Source: Candidatus Woesearchaeota archaeon (GTDB lineage Archaea > Nanobdellota > Nanobdellia > SCGC-AAA011-G17 > GW2011-AR17). From it: a stretch of 51,692 nucleotides of DNA. The notes beneath the pieces are model-generated. The model made no database searches. It was given only the letters and a program-made list of their open reading frames with translations, and was not told where the DNA came from. Location of the stretch: positions 1 through 51,692 of the forward strand of contig JAFCFS010000004.1 of assembly GCA_017608525.1 (NCBI GenBank), read 5' to 3'. How positions within the stretch are numbered: the first letter of the stretch is position 1; each line of letters begins with the position of its first letter. This document shows, piece after piece, positions 22,072 through 32,555 of this stretch. Made by a program: the position numbers and the translations under genes.

Positions 22072-23335
22072 CTTTAATGTTTTATACAGGGATAAAATAG
22101 AGTATGAGGTCATCGGTTTTACAGCAACCCAAATACCTAATATAGTTGGAAGAAAATATCCTTCTGTTTTAGCAGGTAAATACTATAAAAAAGGAATTAA
22201 AATATACCCAGAAGAAAAATTGGAAAAACTCATTAAAAAATTACATGTAGACGAAGTTGTGTTTTCTTATTCAGATGTAAGTCACGAGTATGTTATGCAT
22301 CTAGCATCCTTAGTAAATGCAGCTGGAGCTGATTTCAAGCTTATATCTCCTGAAAAAACAATGCTTAAATCTACCAAACCTGTAATTTCTATTTGTGCTG
22401 TGAGAACAGGTTGTGGAAAAAGTCAAACAACAAGAAGATTATGTGAAATCATAAAATCGTATGGATTTAAAGTTGTTGTTGTTAGGCATCCAATGCCATA
22501 TGGAAATCTAGAAAAACAAATATGCCAGAGGTTTCAACATTTTGGAGATTTTAAAAAACATAAATGTACTATAGAGGAACTGGAAGAGTATTCACACCTT
22601 GTTGAAAAAGGAATAGTTGTTTACGCTGGTGTAGATTATCAAAAAATACTTTCCTCAGTTGAAAAAGAAGCTGATGTAATAATATGGGATGGTGGAAATA
22701 ACGATACACCTTTCTTCAAACCCAATTTAGAAATCGTTGTTGCAGACCCGCATAGAGTTGGTCACGAATTAAAATATTATCCTGGAGAGGTAAATCTTAG
22801 AAGAGCAGATATTGTTATAATCAATAAGGTCAATACAGCTGACAAAAATAATATTCAAAAACTTAAAGAAAATATTAAGAGAGTTAATAAAAAAGCAAAG
22901 ATAATTGAGGCAGATTCAGAAATAATATTGAAAAAAAACAAGATAAAAGGTAAAAAAGTATTAGTGATAGAGGATGGGCCAACACTAACACATGGTGAAA
23001 TGAGTTATGGTGCAGGTTATGTTGCAGCAAAAAAATATGGATGGAAAATAGTAAATGCAAAAAAATATGCAGTTGGCAGTATTAAAGAAACTTACAAAAA
23101 ATATCCGCATTTAAAGGATGTTTTGCCTGCTCTTGGTTATGGAGAAAAACAAATAAAAGAATTGGAAAAAACAGTAAACAGAGTTGATTGTGATTTTATT
23201 GTATCAGCAACACCTGTTAACCTTAGCCTTATAATCAAAACAAAAAAGCCAATAATACAGGTAAAATACGAATTAAAGGAGAAAAATAGAATTCTTGAAA
23301 AAATTGTAGAAAAATTTTTAAGAAAATACGTTTAA
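22019..23335 (+). CDS. COG2403-type P-loop protein (cyclic 2,3-diphosphoglycerate synthetase-related family)
   Basis: The N-terminus ILILGAAGRDFHNFNV and the motifs SYSDVSHEYVMHLAS, AVRTGCGKSQTT (P-loop), RHPMPYG and IIWDGGNND match my memory of this family. AAGGAGG lies upstream of the ATG. Confidence 0.6.
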   Translation: MKRKKILILGAAGRDFHNFNVLYRDKIEYEVIGFTATQIPNIVGRKYPSVLAGKYYKKGIKIYPEEKLEKLIKKLHVDEVVFSYSDVSHEYVMHLASLVNAAGADFKLISPEKTMLKSTKPVISICAVRTGCGKSQTTRRLCEIIKSYGFKVVVVRHPMPYGNLEKQICQRFQHFGDFKKHKCTIEELEEYSHLVEKGIVVYAGVDYQKILSSVEKEADVIIWDGGNNDTPFFKPNLEIVVADPHRVGHELKYYPGEVNLRRADIVIINKVNTADKNNIQKLKENIKRVNKKAKIIEADSEIILKKNKIKGKKVLVIEDGPTLTHGEMSYGAGYVAAKKYGWKIVNAKKYAVGSIKETYKKYPHLKDVLPALGYGEKQIKELEKTVNRVDCDFIVSATPVNLSLIIKTKKPIIQVKYELKEKNRILEKIVEKFLRKYV

Positions 23336-23344
23336 TTGATTTCC

Positions 23345-23674
23345 ATGGAAAATTTCTTTCAAAAGGAAGTTGATAAATATATAAAACAATTTGAAGAAGG
23401 GTACTGGAGTCCTTTATCAATCTTGGCAGCTTTGACAGAAGAGGTTGGTGAGTTGGCAAGAGAGATAAATCATTTATTCGGCGAGAAAAGAAAAAAGAGA
23501 AGTTCTAAAAAATCAATTAAAAATTTGGAAATCGAATTAGGGGATTTGCTTTTTACCTTGTGTTGTATAGCGAACAAATATGGTATAGATTTGGAAAAGG
23601 CATTGAAAAAAACAATTGAAAAATATAATAAAAGAGATATAAACAGGTGGAAGAGAAAATCAGATTTAAAGTGA
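23345..23674 (+). CDS. MazG-like nucleotide pyrophosphohydrolase (single domain)
   Basis: The EEVGELAREI ... ELGDLLFTLCCIANKYGIDLEKAL ... KYNKR pattern is the all-alpha NTP-PPase EExxE/ExxD type. I prefer ATG 23345 to 23336. Confidence 0.7.
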   Translation: MENFFQKEVDKYIKQFEEGYWSPLSILAALTEEVGELAREINHLFGEKRKKRSSKKSIKNLEIELGDLLFTLCCIANKYGIDLEKALKKTIEKYNKRDINRWKRKSDLK

Positions 23675-24478
23675 TGAAAATTTTTCTATTATTTCAATAT
23701 TTGTTTTAATAAGTTGTTCCTCTTTCCAAAATCTGAAAGGATATTTTGATTTAAATGGTGGTACCTCTATTGCCAAATTTTTAATCCCGCATTTTTGGGC
23801 ATAATTGATTAGTGTTTTCTTTCCCAAAAGCCAAATTTGGAAGAATCCATCATTTACTTTTTCAAGCCCTAAAATAAATGGTAACTGATCAATTTTAAAC
23901 CTTCCTTTTTTCATTACCTTTCTCAATGGTTTATCTATTTTCTTAATTTTATCTTTTTCCATTGCACTCACAAAAATATAATTGCATAGTGAACTATTAT
24001 GAAAGTCTATGACACAACTTATTGAAAGATTGTCCTTAATGAGATCTTCTAGAGCTTTAACCTCTTTAGGAGGGTTTTCTTCACCAAAAAAGGAATAAGG
24101 TTTTTTGGCTATTGTCGTGTATTCTGGAAAAGTTAGCGAAACATAAACGAAATAGGGAAATTCATTTCCTTTTTCATTCTTTAAAATATTTAGGGAATTA
24201 ATATTTGAACAAAAGTTTGCAACATCTACAACAGGAATTATTATTGCATCTTTATTGCCATGTTCTGCATATTCAAGCAATGTTCTATAAGTACCATATA
24301 ACTCATTTGCATGCTGGCAGGAGGTAAGCAACAACTTTGGTTTTTTTCCTTTAATAAATCCGTATATAGGTCCAAATTCTGTCTTGCATAATTCAAAAAT
24401 AGTTCCAACTCTCTTTTTCTCCAGCCTACTCAATTTTTCCAAAACTTTATTTTCATAGATTGAGTACATTTTATTCAT
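23666..24478 (-). CDS. M14/AstE-AspA-like zinc hydrolase fold protein (putative deacylase/carboxypeptidase)
   Basis: The protein is 270 aa. It has an HxxE motif in LTSCQHANELYG, a second His in VIDFHNS and a Glu in LAIEVP, in the order expected for the family. The assignment rests on motifs only. Confidence 0.45.
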   Translation of the reverse strand: MNKMYSIYENKVLEKLSRLEKKRVGTIFELCKTEFGPIYGFIKGKKPKLLLTSCQHANELYGTYRTLLEYAEHGNKDAIIIPVVDVANFCSNINSLNILKNEKGNEFPYFVYVSLTFPEYTTIAKKPYSFFGEENPPKEVKALEDLIKDNLSISCVIDFHNSSLCNYIFVSAMEKDKIKKIDKPLRKVMKKGRFKIDQLPFILGLEKVNDGFFQIWLLGKKTLINYAQKCGIKNLAIEVPPFKSKYPFRFWKEEQLIKTNIEIIEKFSSL

Positions 24479-24923
24479 ATGGAATAATTCTTATTTCAGC
24501 GAATTTTGAAATTTCGCTTTCCATATTCTTTGGCAATGGGTAGGCACATACAAAAATCAAAGAATCGAATTTACCTTTCCTTTTTTCCTTGTTTAGGTAT
24601 TTAAGCAAGCTGCATATGTTCTTCTTTTTTTCTTCCATAATTGGCTCACTTAATCTATACCAACAACTACTTTTTATGTCAAAGGCGTATTTTTTTCCAT
24701 CTTTCTCTGCCAGTATATCAATTTCTTTTTTTCCAAACTTTGTATCCATTGCAATTATACTATAACCTTCTGAAATTAAAGTATATGCAACAAGCAATTC
24801 ATATTGGAATCCTTGTTGTTCTCCTTTGCTTCCATTCTTTGCTCTATCTATAACTTTTTCAGATCCTGCAATTTTATCAAGACCTGAAGATTCGATGTGA
24901 TTTAATATTTCTTCGAGTTTCAT
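24471..24923 (-). CDS. PD-(D/E)xK nuclease, Hjc/restriction-endonuclease-like
   Basis: The protein is 150 aa. The segment KGEQQGFQYELLVAYTLISEGYSII...KKEIDILAEKDGKKYAFDIKSS has E...D...DxK spacing like archaeal Holliday junction resolvase Hjc. Confidence 0.5.
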   Translation of the reverse strand: MKLEEILNHIESSGLDKIAGSEKVIDRAKNGSKGEQQGFQYELLVAYTLISEGYSIIAMDTKFGKKEIDILAEKDGKKYAFDIKSSCWYRLSEPIMEEKKKNICSLLKYLNKEKRKGKFDSLIFVCAYPLPKNMESEISKFAEIRIIPYE

Positions 24924-25294
24924 TTTACAATCCTAAGGGGATGGTACCAAAATTCACATGGTGCGCTTGCTTCATTTTCCTCTTCAACTTTTTCTAAACC
25001 ATTTATGCTGAATCCTATTTTATATTTTTCCATTTTTTCTTCATATTTTATGAATTCATTCTCTCTGTTGAATCCAATGGCTCTTCTTTTTGTTTTTGGT
25101 ATAGGCGATTTTGGAATCGATAATTTAATAAATCCTAGATCTCCTAGATCTAAAACAATTTCTGGCTTATTTTCTTTGCCTAAATCGCGATTGAAACCTA
25201 TTCCACAGTAGACTTTTAATTTCGATTCCAAAGTTGGGTTAAAATATTGACTTACCATTTTAACCACATCTTTGTTACTAATTAGTAGTGACAA
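24920..25294 (-). CDS. Hypothetical protein (124 aa)
   Basis: I recognise no motif. It overlaps the downstream nuclease gene by 4 nt. Confidence 0.4.
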   Translation of the reverse strand: MSLLISNKDVVKMVSQYFNPTLESKLKVYCGIGFNRDLGKENKPEIVLDLGDLGFIKLSIPKSPIPKTKRRAIGFNRENEFIKYEEKMEKYKIGFSINGLEKVEEENEASAPCEFWYHPLRIVK

Positions 25295-25323
25295 CTTATA
25301 TATAAATCTTTCGGTTTAAAAAT

Positions 25324-26616
25324 TTAAGGATATTTTCTCAACATCGTCCTTGGAAATGGTATTGCATCTTTTATATTATCCAGTTTGCATATCCATGAAA
25401 CTACCCTTTCTACACCCATTCCGAATCCAGAATGTGGTACACTACCATATCTTCTTAAATCTAAATACCATTCATAGTTTTTAATATCTTCACCGCTCTC
25501 TTTTAACCTTTTAATTAACTTATTTATGTCTGTTTCTCTTTCCGAACTTCCAATTATTTCGCCATACCCTTCAGGAGCAATAATGTCACAGCAAAGAACA
25601 ACTTTTGGATTATTTGGGTCTTCTTTCATATAAAATGCTTTTACTTCCTTTGGATATTTTGTTACGATGAGGGGCTTTTCATAATGCTTCATTAATGTAT
25701 CCTCTTCAATAGTTCTCAAATCCTTTCCCCACTTAATTTTAATTCCGTCTTTTTCAAGTATTTTAAGTGCCTCATCGTATGTTATCCTTGGGAATGGTGG
25801 TTTAATCTTCTTTAGCGTCTCAATATCTCTACCTAGAAACTTTAGCTCTTTTTCATTTTTTTCAGCAACCCTTTGGCATATATGCGATATTAGACCTTCC
25901 ATGAATTTTAGCAAACCTTCAAAATCCAACCAAGCAGCCTCACCTTCCAAATGCCAGTATTCAGCAAGATGCCTTGATGTTTTACTCTTTTCAGCCCTGA
26001 AGGATGGTGTTAGAGACCATACCTTTTCTAAAGAGAAAATTAGGGCCTCTAAATAAAGTTGGGCAGATTGGGATAAATATGCTATATCATTGAAATACTT
26101 AAGCTGAAAAAGGGTAGAGCCTCCTTCACAAGCGGTTGACGTTATTATTGGAGGTGTTACCTCATGCCAACCATTCATTTTAAAAAATTCTCTGCTTGCA
26201 TCAAGGATAGTTTCTTTTACTTTCATAACAGCTGTAAGTTTCCTGCTCCTCAACCATAAATGCCTCTTCTCAAGCAGAAATTCAGGACTATAATCTTTTG
26301 TTATTGGAAATGGTTGAGCAAGATTTACAATGTTCAATTCTTCAACCTCAATTTCATAACCTCCTGTCGCCCTTTTGTCTTTTTTAATATTCCCACTTAT
26401 TTCTAAAGAAGATTCTATTGTTACTTTTTCCGCCTTTTCCCAAACGTCCTTATTCACCTTTTCTTTTTTCACAACGCATTGAATTATGTTTGTCGAGTCT
26501 CTAAGTATTATAAAAATATTGTTCTTCCCTTTTCTTTCCCTATAAACCCATCCTCTTATGTTGAATTTTCCTTTGCCAGCATCCATAGCTTCTTGAATCG
26601 ATACGAAATTTTTCAT
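25324..26616 (-). CDS. asnS: Asparaginyl-tRNA synthetase
   Basis: The protein is 430 aa. Class IIb motifs are YLSQSAQLYLE, SFRAEKSKTSRHLAEYWHLEGEAAW and YGSVPHSGFGMGVERVVSW...IPFPRT. This is very close to archaeal AsnRS as I remember it for Pyrococcus. Confidence 0.88.
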   Translation of the reverse strand: MKNFVSIQEAMDAGKGKFNIRGWVYRERKGKNNIFIILRDSTNIIQCVVKKEKVNKDVWEKAEKVTIESSLEISGNIKKDKRATGGYEIEVEELNIVNLAQPFPITKDYSPEFLLEKRHLWLRSRKLTAVMKVKETILDASREFFKMNGWHEVTPPIITSTACEGGSTLFQLKYFNDIAYLSQSAQLYLEALIFSLEKVWSLTPSFRAEKSKTSRHLAEYWHLEGEAAWLDFEGLLKFMEGLISHICQRVAEKNEKELKFLGRDIETLKKIKPPFPRITYDEALKILEKDGIKIKWGKDLRTIEEDTLMKHYEKPLIVTKYPKEVKAFYMKEDPNNPKVVLCCDIIAPEGYGEIIGSSERETDINKLIKRLKESGEDIKNYEWYLDLRRYGSVPHSGFGMGVERVVSWICKLDNIKDAIPFPRTMLRKYP

Positions 26617-26620
26617 CGTC

Positions 26621-27178
26621 TCACCTCATTTTGAATTTCATTTGTAAAACAAGATCGTTGAGTTTATTTAGGTTCCATTTTATACTGTCAAATTTTTTTC
26701 TAAGCTCACCAGTTGTAAAACAAAACTTTAAAAATTCACCATAAAGATTTTCAACGAAATTTTTTATCTTAACAACATCTTCATATCTATTATTTATTGC
26801 ACAATTTACTGCTTCTCTAACAAGTTCTCCAATAAAATCGCATAAGCCCAATAAATATTCTTCAGTTCCTACCTCTATTTCTTTTCTTGTCGGAATTTTG
26901 TTGTTGAGTTTAAATTCATAAAAAAACATTGCTTCGGCATATTCCTGAAATGCAATTTTTGATTCCTTATCTAAATTTTCATCTTTTAACTTTTTGATTT
27001 TCTTTTTTATCTTTGTTATATATTTTTTCGCTTCTTTAATTTTGTTTCTATGGAGAAAATTTATTATAATTTTCGAAAGCTTTACAATTTCTTTTCCAAT
27101 TTTTGTTGCCTTTTCTCTTCTGCTTTCTATTTCATTTAAGTCCTTTTCAATTTCTTCGAATTCTTTCTTAAAAAACAT
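26621..27178 (-). CDS. Translin-family protein (archaeal COG2178-like)
   Basis: The protein is 185 aa and all-helical. The segment EEYLLGLCDFIGELVREA resembles the translin-family signature. Confidence 0.5.
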   Translation of the reverse strand: MFFKKEFEEIEKDLNEIESRREKATKIGKEIVKLSKIIINFLHRNKIKEAKKYITKIKKKIKKLKDENLDKESKIAFQEYAEAMFFYEFKLNNKIPTRKEIEVGTEEYLLGLCDFIGELVREAVNCAINNRYEDVVKIKNFVENLYGEFLKFCFTTGELRKKFDSIKWNLNKLNDLVLQMKFKMR

Positions 27179-27261
27179 CTTTTTTTAAAGAATTTTTTCC
27201 TTCTTATAAGATTATCGATGAAAACAATAAATTTAAAAATTGAATCCAGTTTAATCTTTTC

Positions 27262-28002
27262 ATGCTAAAAGCAGACTTCCATATTCATACAAATTTTATT
27301 CAAAAATATGAAGGAAAGTATACACCCAAGGAATTGATTGATAAAGCAAAGGAACTTGGTTTCGATGTTATAGCCATTACAGAACATTATAGACCAGATT
27401 ATAAATTAAAAGAATACATGGAAAATCCTTTGAAAACTTATTATCATATCAAAAAGTATGCAGATAAGAAGGGGATTTTAGTTTTACCAGGTGCCGAAAT
27501 TTTAATAGAAGGAAAAGAAGTATTACTGCTCAATATACTTGAAGATGTAAGAAAATATAGGACGTTTCAGGATTTGAGAAAACTAAAAAAGAAAAATAAA
27601 AATGTACTTATTGTTGCCCCGCATCCTTTCTTCAAAGATAAAGTTTGTATTGGAAAAGAATTGGAAAAGAATATCGACGTTTTTGATGCAATCGAATATT
27701 GTCATTTTTACACAAGATTTTTTAATTTTAATAAAAAGGCTGTTAAAATAGCAAAAAAATACTCAAAGACCCTCCTTGGTACATCAGATGCGCACATGTT
27801 TTTACAGCTTAACCATACATATACATTAATTGATTCAAAAAAAGACATAAATTCCATTATAAAAGCTATAAAAGAAAATAGAGTATCATTAGTAAGTAAA
27901 CCACTACCTCTAAAATATTTTATAATTATACTATTTCGTTTATTTAGAGGACGTTTTCTTGGAACAATGAGAAAATTTAAATCTTTTTTAAATATTTCTT
28001 AA
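27262..28002 (+). CDS. PHP-domain metal-dependent phosphoesterase
   Basis: The motifs are KADFHIHTNF, IAITEHY, GAEI and GTSDAH, in PHP order. Confidence 0.65.
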   Translation: MLKADFHIHTNFIQKYEGKYTPKELIDKAKELGFDVIAITEHYRPDYKLKEYMENPLKTYYHIKKYADKKGILVLPGAEILIEGKEVLLLNILEDVRKYRTFQDLRKLKKKNKNVLIVAPHPFFKDKVCIGKELEKNIDVFDAIEYCHFYTRFFNFNKKAVKIAKKYSKTLLGTSDAHMFLQLNHTYTLIDSKKDINSIIKAIKENRVSLVSKPLPLKYFIIILFRLFRGRFLGTMRKFKSFLNIS

Positions 28003-29827
28003 GTATTTCAGCAACTTTTTTCCCACTAACCTTTCCTCTGTATTTTTTCATCACTTCCCCCATCAAAGCATTAAAACTTAGATTTGGATATTTTTCCACA
28101 ATATTTTTTATATCTTTCTCAAGTTTCTCTTCAGAAATTTTGAATTCTTCCAAATTTATTTCTTCTCTATTGGCTACTTTTAGCATTAGTTCAGTAATAG
28201 CATCTTTTGGCAAAATTTTATTATTAATATAGGAAAGGACTTTTTTAATGTCCTTCTTTTTTATATTTTCAATGTTTGCATTGTATCTTTTTTTAATTTC
28301 TTTTGGAACATTCAATATCGAATTGGCTATGAAATTAGAATCTAAATTTTTAAATTCCTTAACAAGTTCTTCAAAAAATTCTGAATCTTCCTTTGCCACC
28401 TGAAGTGAATATTCGGGACTTAAGCCATATTCTTTTTCGAATCTGATGGCCTTCTCACTTATTAATTCAGGAATTCTAATTTTCTTTAAAATTTTATCCG
28501 TTATAATAATAAGTTCTACATCAGTTTCTGGATAAAGTCTATTTGCACCCGGCAATGGCCTTGCATACCTTGTGTATATGTTTTGATGATCAGGGACTCT
28601 TGTCTCTTCAGGTATCCCATTTAAAGAATATTTAATCCTTTTAACAACAGCATTTATTGCATTCTTCGCTATAAATTCTTTTTCTGCAACGATGAAAATT
28701 AAATCTTCCTCCGCTGCATTAAATATTTTTTCTAAATTCTTGAATTCCTCAACCAACTTATATTTTTCTAAATTCTCGTCTGAATGTATTATTCCATTTG
28801 CGCCATAAGCCATAGCGTATTCTGCTAACTCTTTCCCAAATGTTTTTCCAGGACACAATTCCTTTTTCGCCAAACCACTAAATCCTCTTGCAACAGCAGC
28901 AAATACCTTTCCTCCTTTATTAACGATTTTAGAAATTACAGCAGATTTGGTATTTTTAAATACATAGGTAACTTCCTTAATTTCAGTTTCTATCCTTTTT
29001 AATTTTCTTACATTTTTCAACTCGTCTCTTATTTTGAGCAAGTTTACATGTCTTAAAGTTTCATTCTCAATGAGTTTATGAAGTGTCCTTAAATCTTGCC
29101 ATCCCTTGATCTCTATTCTTGGGCCACCTTTAATACTTATATTTATGTCCTGCCTTATTGTTCCTATTCCTCTTTTAACCGACGGAAAACTTCTAAAAAT
29201 CATCCCGATCTTTTCTGCAACCTCTTTTGCATGCAACGGATCCTTAATATCTGCTTCTGTTCCTAATTCGAGTAAAGGAATTCCTTGTCTGCTTAAGGAG
29301 TAATATACTTTGTTACCTTCACGTTTCTCTATCTTGCATGCATCTTCTTCTAAATTTAATTGTGACAACCTTACAACTCCCCTTGATGTTTCTATAAAAG
29401 AATCTTTACTCCCCAACCCAACAACCATGGTTCTCTGAAAACCACTGCATGCACTTCCATCAGCTACAGTTTTTCTCATTACTTGAATAGCATCTGGAAT
29501 ATCCATTTTTAATAACAATGCCAAAGCAAGCGCAGTCTCTAATGCATCTTTATTCACTCTATGAGGTGGTTCAGAATCCATATCCACTAAACAAAACTCA
29601 CCTTCGTAACCATGATAAATAAATATTCTATTCCTTAATTGTTCATAGGCAGCAGCAACATCAATTTCTCCAGATTCACCAGCAACGGCCCGCAATTTTC
29701 TTTTAAACTCCAACATTAATTTTTCTTCTTTGTTCTCAGTAGAGCATTCACAAAATAGTTTCCTCCCACTTAATTCTTGATGAAGTTCTAGGCCGCATTT
29801 GAATCCTATTTTTTTATAATCTATCAT
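27977..29827 (-). CDS. gatE: Glu-tRNA(Gln) amidotransferase subunit E
   Basis: The protein is 616 aa. It has the N-terminal GFKCGLELHQEL and a GatB/E core followed by the tail domain. It sits directly downstream of gatD. Confidence 0.9.
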   Translation of the reverse strand: MIDYKKIGFKCGLELHQELSGRKLFCECSTENKEEKLMLEFKRKLRAVAGESGEIDVAAAYEQLRNRIFIYHGYEGEFCLVDMDSEPPHRVNKDALETALALALLLKMDIPDAIQVMRKTVADGSACSGFQRTMVVGLGSKDSFIETSRGVVRLSQLNLEEDACKIEKREGNKVYYSLSRQGIPLLELGTEADIKDPLHAKEVAEKIGMIFRSFPSVKRGIGTIRQDINISIKGGPRIEIKGWQDLRTLHKLIENETLRHVNLLKIRDELKNVRKLKRIETEIKEVTYVFKNTKSAVISKIVNKGGKVFAAVARGFSGLAKKELCPGKTFGKELAEYAMAYGANGIIHSDENLEKYKLVEEFKNLEKIFNAAEEDLIFIVAEKEFIAKNAINAVVKRIKYSLNGIPEETRVPDHQNIYTRYARPLPGANRLYPETDVELIIITDKILKKIRIPELISEKAIRFEKEYGLSPEYSLQVAKEDSEFFEELVKEFKNLDSNFIANSILNVPKEIKKRYNANIENIKKKDIKKVLSYINNKILPKDAITELMLKVANREEINLEEFKISEEKLEKDIKNIVEKYPNLSFNALMGEVMKKYRGKVSGKKVAEILKKYLKKI

Positions 29828-31155
29828 TAAGAAAGCTCACCTCTTATATCCTTTTGAAATATTTCTATTGCTTTCTTTTTTGGGAAATTGCTTAGAGCCC
29901 ATGCCAGTTTTATAAAAGCTGTTTCAGGAGTCATATCTAGATAATCACCAATTATCCCAATTTTTTTCATTTTTCTTTGGTTCTCATACACATTTAAATT
30001 AAGCCTTCCATAGATTGTTTGCGGGGCTAGAACTATTACTGTTTTTTTTGATAGCTCTTTCAAAAAATCAAATATTTTCGCATTTTCTTTTGTATATTTA
30101 TCTATTTTAGTCGTTGGCAAATTCCCAAGACCGGTTGCTTCGATAACAAGCCCATCGTATTTTTTGTAGGGGTAAAATTGTTCAACATACATATTGGTGT
30201 GGGCCTTTACAATCCCAACTTTAATTTTTTCATTAAACAGCATCAATTTCAATTTTTTATTCGGGTCTTTTTTATTATATTTGTTGTTAATAATTTTGAC
30301 CTTTCCATCAGGATATGAAACCTCTGCAAATGGTTCACAATTTATTGATTTAAATGCATCTCTCCTACTTGTGTGCATTTTTCTCGACCTGCACCCCGGT
30401 AAAATATAACATTTGTCATCACTTATTGTTGCATGCATACATATTGCTACATCTGCAAAATCTTTTACTTTTGAAATAAAATGGCACGCACATATTAAAT
30501 TCATTGCAGCATCTGAACTCCCTCTGTCCGAACTTCTTTGGGAACCAACAAGCAAAACAGGAACATTGAGTCCGTCGAGAATAAAAGAGAGGGCAGCTGA
30601 AGTATAATGCATTGTGTCTGTTCCATGCGTAATTATGATTCCGTCAACATTTCCATTGTCTAATTCCTTCTTTATCTCTTTGGCAATTATGTTATAATGC
30701 TCAAATCTCATATCTTGGGACCACATATTGCTAATGAATTTTGATTTAATGTTTACTATGTTGCACAACTCTGGGAACATCTCGATTATTTCTTCAGGCT
30801 TAAATTTAGCAACAACACCTCCTGTTTCATAGCTTACTTTAGAAGCCAAAGTTCCACCAGTATGAAGAATCATAACAGTTGGAAGATCGCTTTTGTAAAC
30901 TATTTTTTTTAACTCTCTTTTTTTCTTTTCAAACTTTTTTATTATCTTTATTCCTTTAACTTTCTTTTTTAGAATTCCGATATTATACCCAGAGTCAAGT
31001 TTGATTAAAATTATCTCTTTTTTTGGAGACGGGACAAATCGCCCTACATATTTTTTTTCTTTAGTAACAAGCTCGATAACGTCTCCGAAATTTGGCTTCA
31101 CCATTATTAGATTAAATTTTTTTCTTATATATAAAAATATGTCTTTTTTCTTCAA
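29827..31155 (-). CDS. gatD: Glu-tRNA(Gln) amidotransferase subunit D
   Basis: The asparaginase-type motifs are ILHTGGTLAS and ITHGTDTM. It is archaea-specific and is paired with gatE. The start may be the internal ATG at 31104. Confidence 0.9.
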   Translation of the reverse strand: MKKKDIFLYIRKKFNLIMVKPNFGDVIELVTKEKKYVGRFVPSPKKEIILIKLDSGYNIGILKKKVKGIKIIKKFEKKKRELKKIVYKSDLPTVMILHTGGTLASKVSYETGGVVAKFKPEEIIEMFPELCNIVNIKSKFISNMWSQDMRFEHYNIIAKEIKKELDNGNVDGIIITHGTDTMHYTSAALSFILDGLNVPVLLVGSQRSSDRGSSDAAMNLICACHFISKVKDFADVAICMHATISDDKCYILPGCRSRKMHTSRRDAFKSINCEPFAEVSYPDGKVKIINNKYNKKDPNKKLKLMLFNEKIKVGIVKAHTNMYVEQFYPYKKYDGLVIEATGLGNLPTTKIDKYTKENAKIFDFLKELSKKTVIVLAPQTIYGRLNLNVYENQRKMKKIGIIGDYLDMTPETAFIKLAWALSNFPKKKAIEIFQKDIRGELS

Positions 31156-31440
31156 GAAGTTTATTGGTTGTTCGTATAAAATATTTTTTTTCCAAATTAT
31201 ATGAAAAAGAAAATTTCTTATTCGAAAATGAGAAAGATTGAAAACGTAAAATTTATATACTTCTTGATATTAATTTTATTCAGAATTATAATTTTTTAAT
31301 TGCTCGGTATCGAATTCTCCCAGTTGAGTGTATGTTTCTTAATTCTAAACAATTATCTTTTTCTGATGTATAGAAATAGAGTGTCAAAACCTGTTAATAA
31401 ATTTTACGGTTTTGGCACAAAAAAGAAGGAGGTAAAAGAA

Positions 31441-32520
31441 ATGGACTTTATCGTGAAAGACGCAATTGAAAAACAAAAAGACTACGAAAAAGAAAACGAA
31501 GGACTCAAAGTGGGTTGCGCAAACATAAAAGTGATTGGTGTCGGTGGTGCAGGGACTAATGCAACAAATTGGTTGTATAAAAAAGGAGTACAGGGAGCTG
31601 AAGTTATAAGTGTCAATACAGATAAGCAACACTTAGACACAGTAGAATCGGACATGAAGATCTTGATTGGTAAGGAATTAACAAAGGGCTTAGGTTGCGG
31701 AGGATATCCCGAAAAAGGTAGAGAAGCTGCTAAAGAAAACATAAACGAACTAAGAAATTTGGTCAAAGATACGGACATGGTCTTTGTTACAGCTGGACTG
31801 GGTGGGGGGACTGGAACTGGTGCAGCACCTATAATTGCTCAGCTAGCAAAAGAAGCAGGCGCTATTGTTATTGGATGCGTTACTATGCCATTTGATATAG
31901 AAAGAGCAAGAATAGATAAGGCTGAATTCGGTTTACAACAGCTTAGAGAAGTTTCGGACACAGTTATTGTCATCGATAATAACAGACTTGTTCAAATAGC
32001 AGGCAACTTGCCGATACAACAGGCCTTTGCTGTTGCTAATGAATTAATAGCAACAATGATAAAGGGGATTGTTGAAATTATAGCGGTTCCTAGCTTAGTA
32101 AATTTAGATTATGCAGACGTTAAAGCAATAATGTCTAATGGAGGAGTTTCTGTCATTGGTGTTGGGGAAAGTGACACTGAAAATAGGGTTGACGAAGCAG
32201 TTAAAAGGGCACTTACTAACCCATTGCTAGATGTAAGTTACGAAGGAGCAAATGGTGCATTAATCCACATAACAGGCGGACCAGATTTAACATTAGATGA
32301 AGTAAATAAAGTTGGAGAAATGGTTACAGAAGCTTTAGACCCAGATGCAAATGTAATCTGGGGTGCAAGGATAAGCAACGATATGGCAGGAAAACTTAGG
32401 GTGATGACTATTATAACAGGAGTTAATTCACCGTATGTTTTAGGAAAATCTATGTCCAGAGATATGGGAAAAGAAACGGCAAAGGTAAGTGAAGAATTAG
32501 GAATCGATTTAATTACTTAA
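31441..32520 (+). CDS. ftsZ: Cell division protein FtsZ
   Basis: The motifs are [13 protein letters not shown], the tubulin signature [15 protein letters not shown] and NLDYADV. The start is ATG 31441, behind AAGGAGGT. The ORF-track start at 31300 adds an implausible leader. Confidence 0.9.
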   Translation: MDFIVKDAIEKQKDYEKENEGLKVGCANIKVIGVGGAGTNATNWLYKKGVQGAEVISVNTDKQHLDTVESDMKILIGKELTKGLGCGGYPEKGREAAKENINELRNLVKDTDMVFVTAGLGGGTGTGAAPIIAQLAKEAGAIVIGCVTMPFDIERARIDKAEFGLQQLREVSDTVIVIDNNRLVQIAGNLPIQQAFAVANELIATMIKGIVEIIAVPSLVNLDYADVKAIMSNGGVSVIGVGESDTENRVDEAVKRALTNPLLDVSYEGANGALIHITGGPDLTLDEVNKVGEMVTEALDPDANVIWGARISNDMAGKLRVMTIITGVNSPYVLGKSMSRDMGKETAKVSEELGIDLIT

Positions 32521-32555
32521 TTTTTTATTTTTTATTTTAAATTTCATGCTTTAAA

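Noticed and set aside
31300-31440. 47-codon N-terminal extension of ftsZ in the ORF track (non-ATG start at 31300)
   Set aside because: The extension is hydrophobic and low-complexity and has no FtsZ counterpart. A strong AAGGAGGT precedes ATG 31441, where homology begins.
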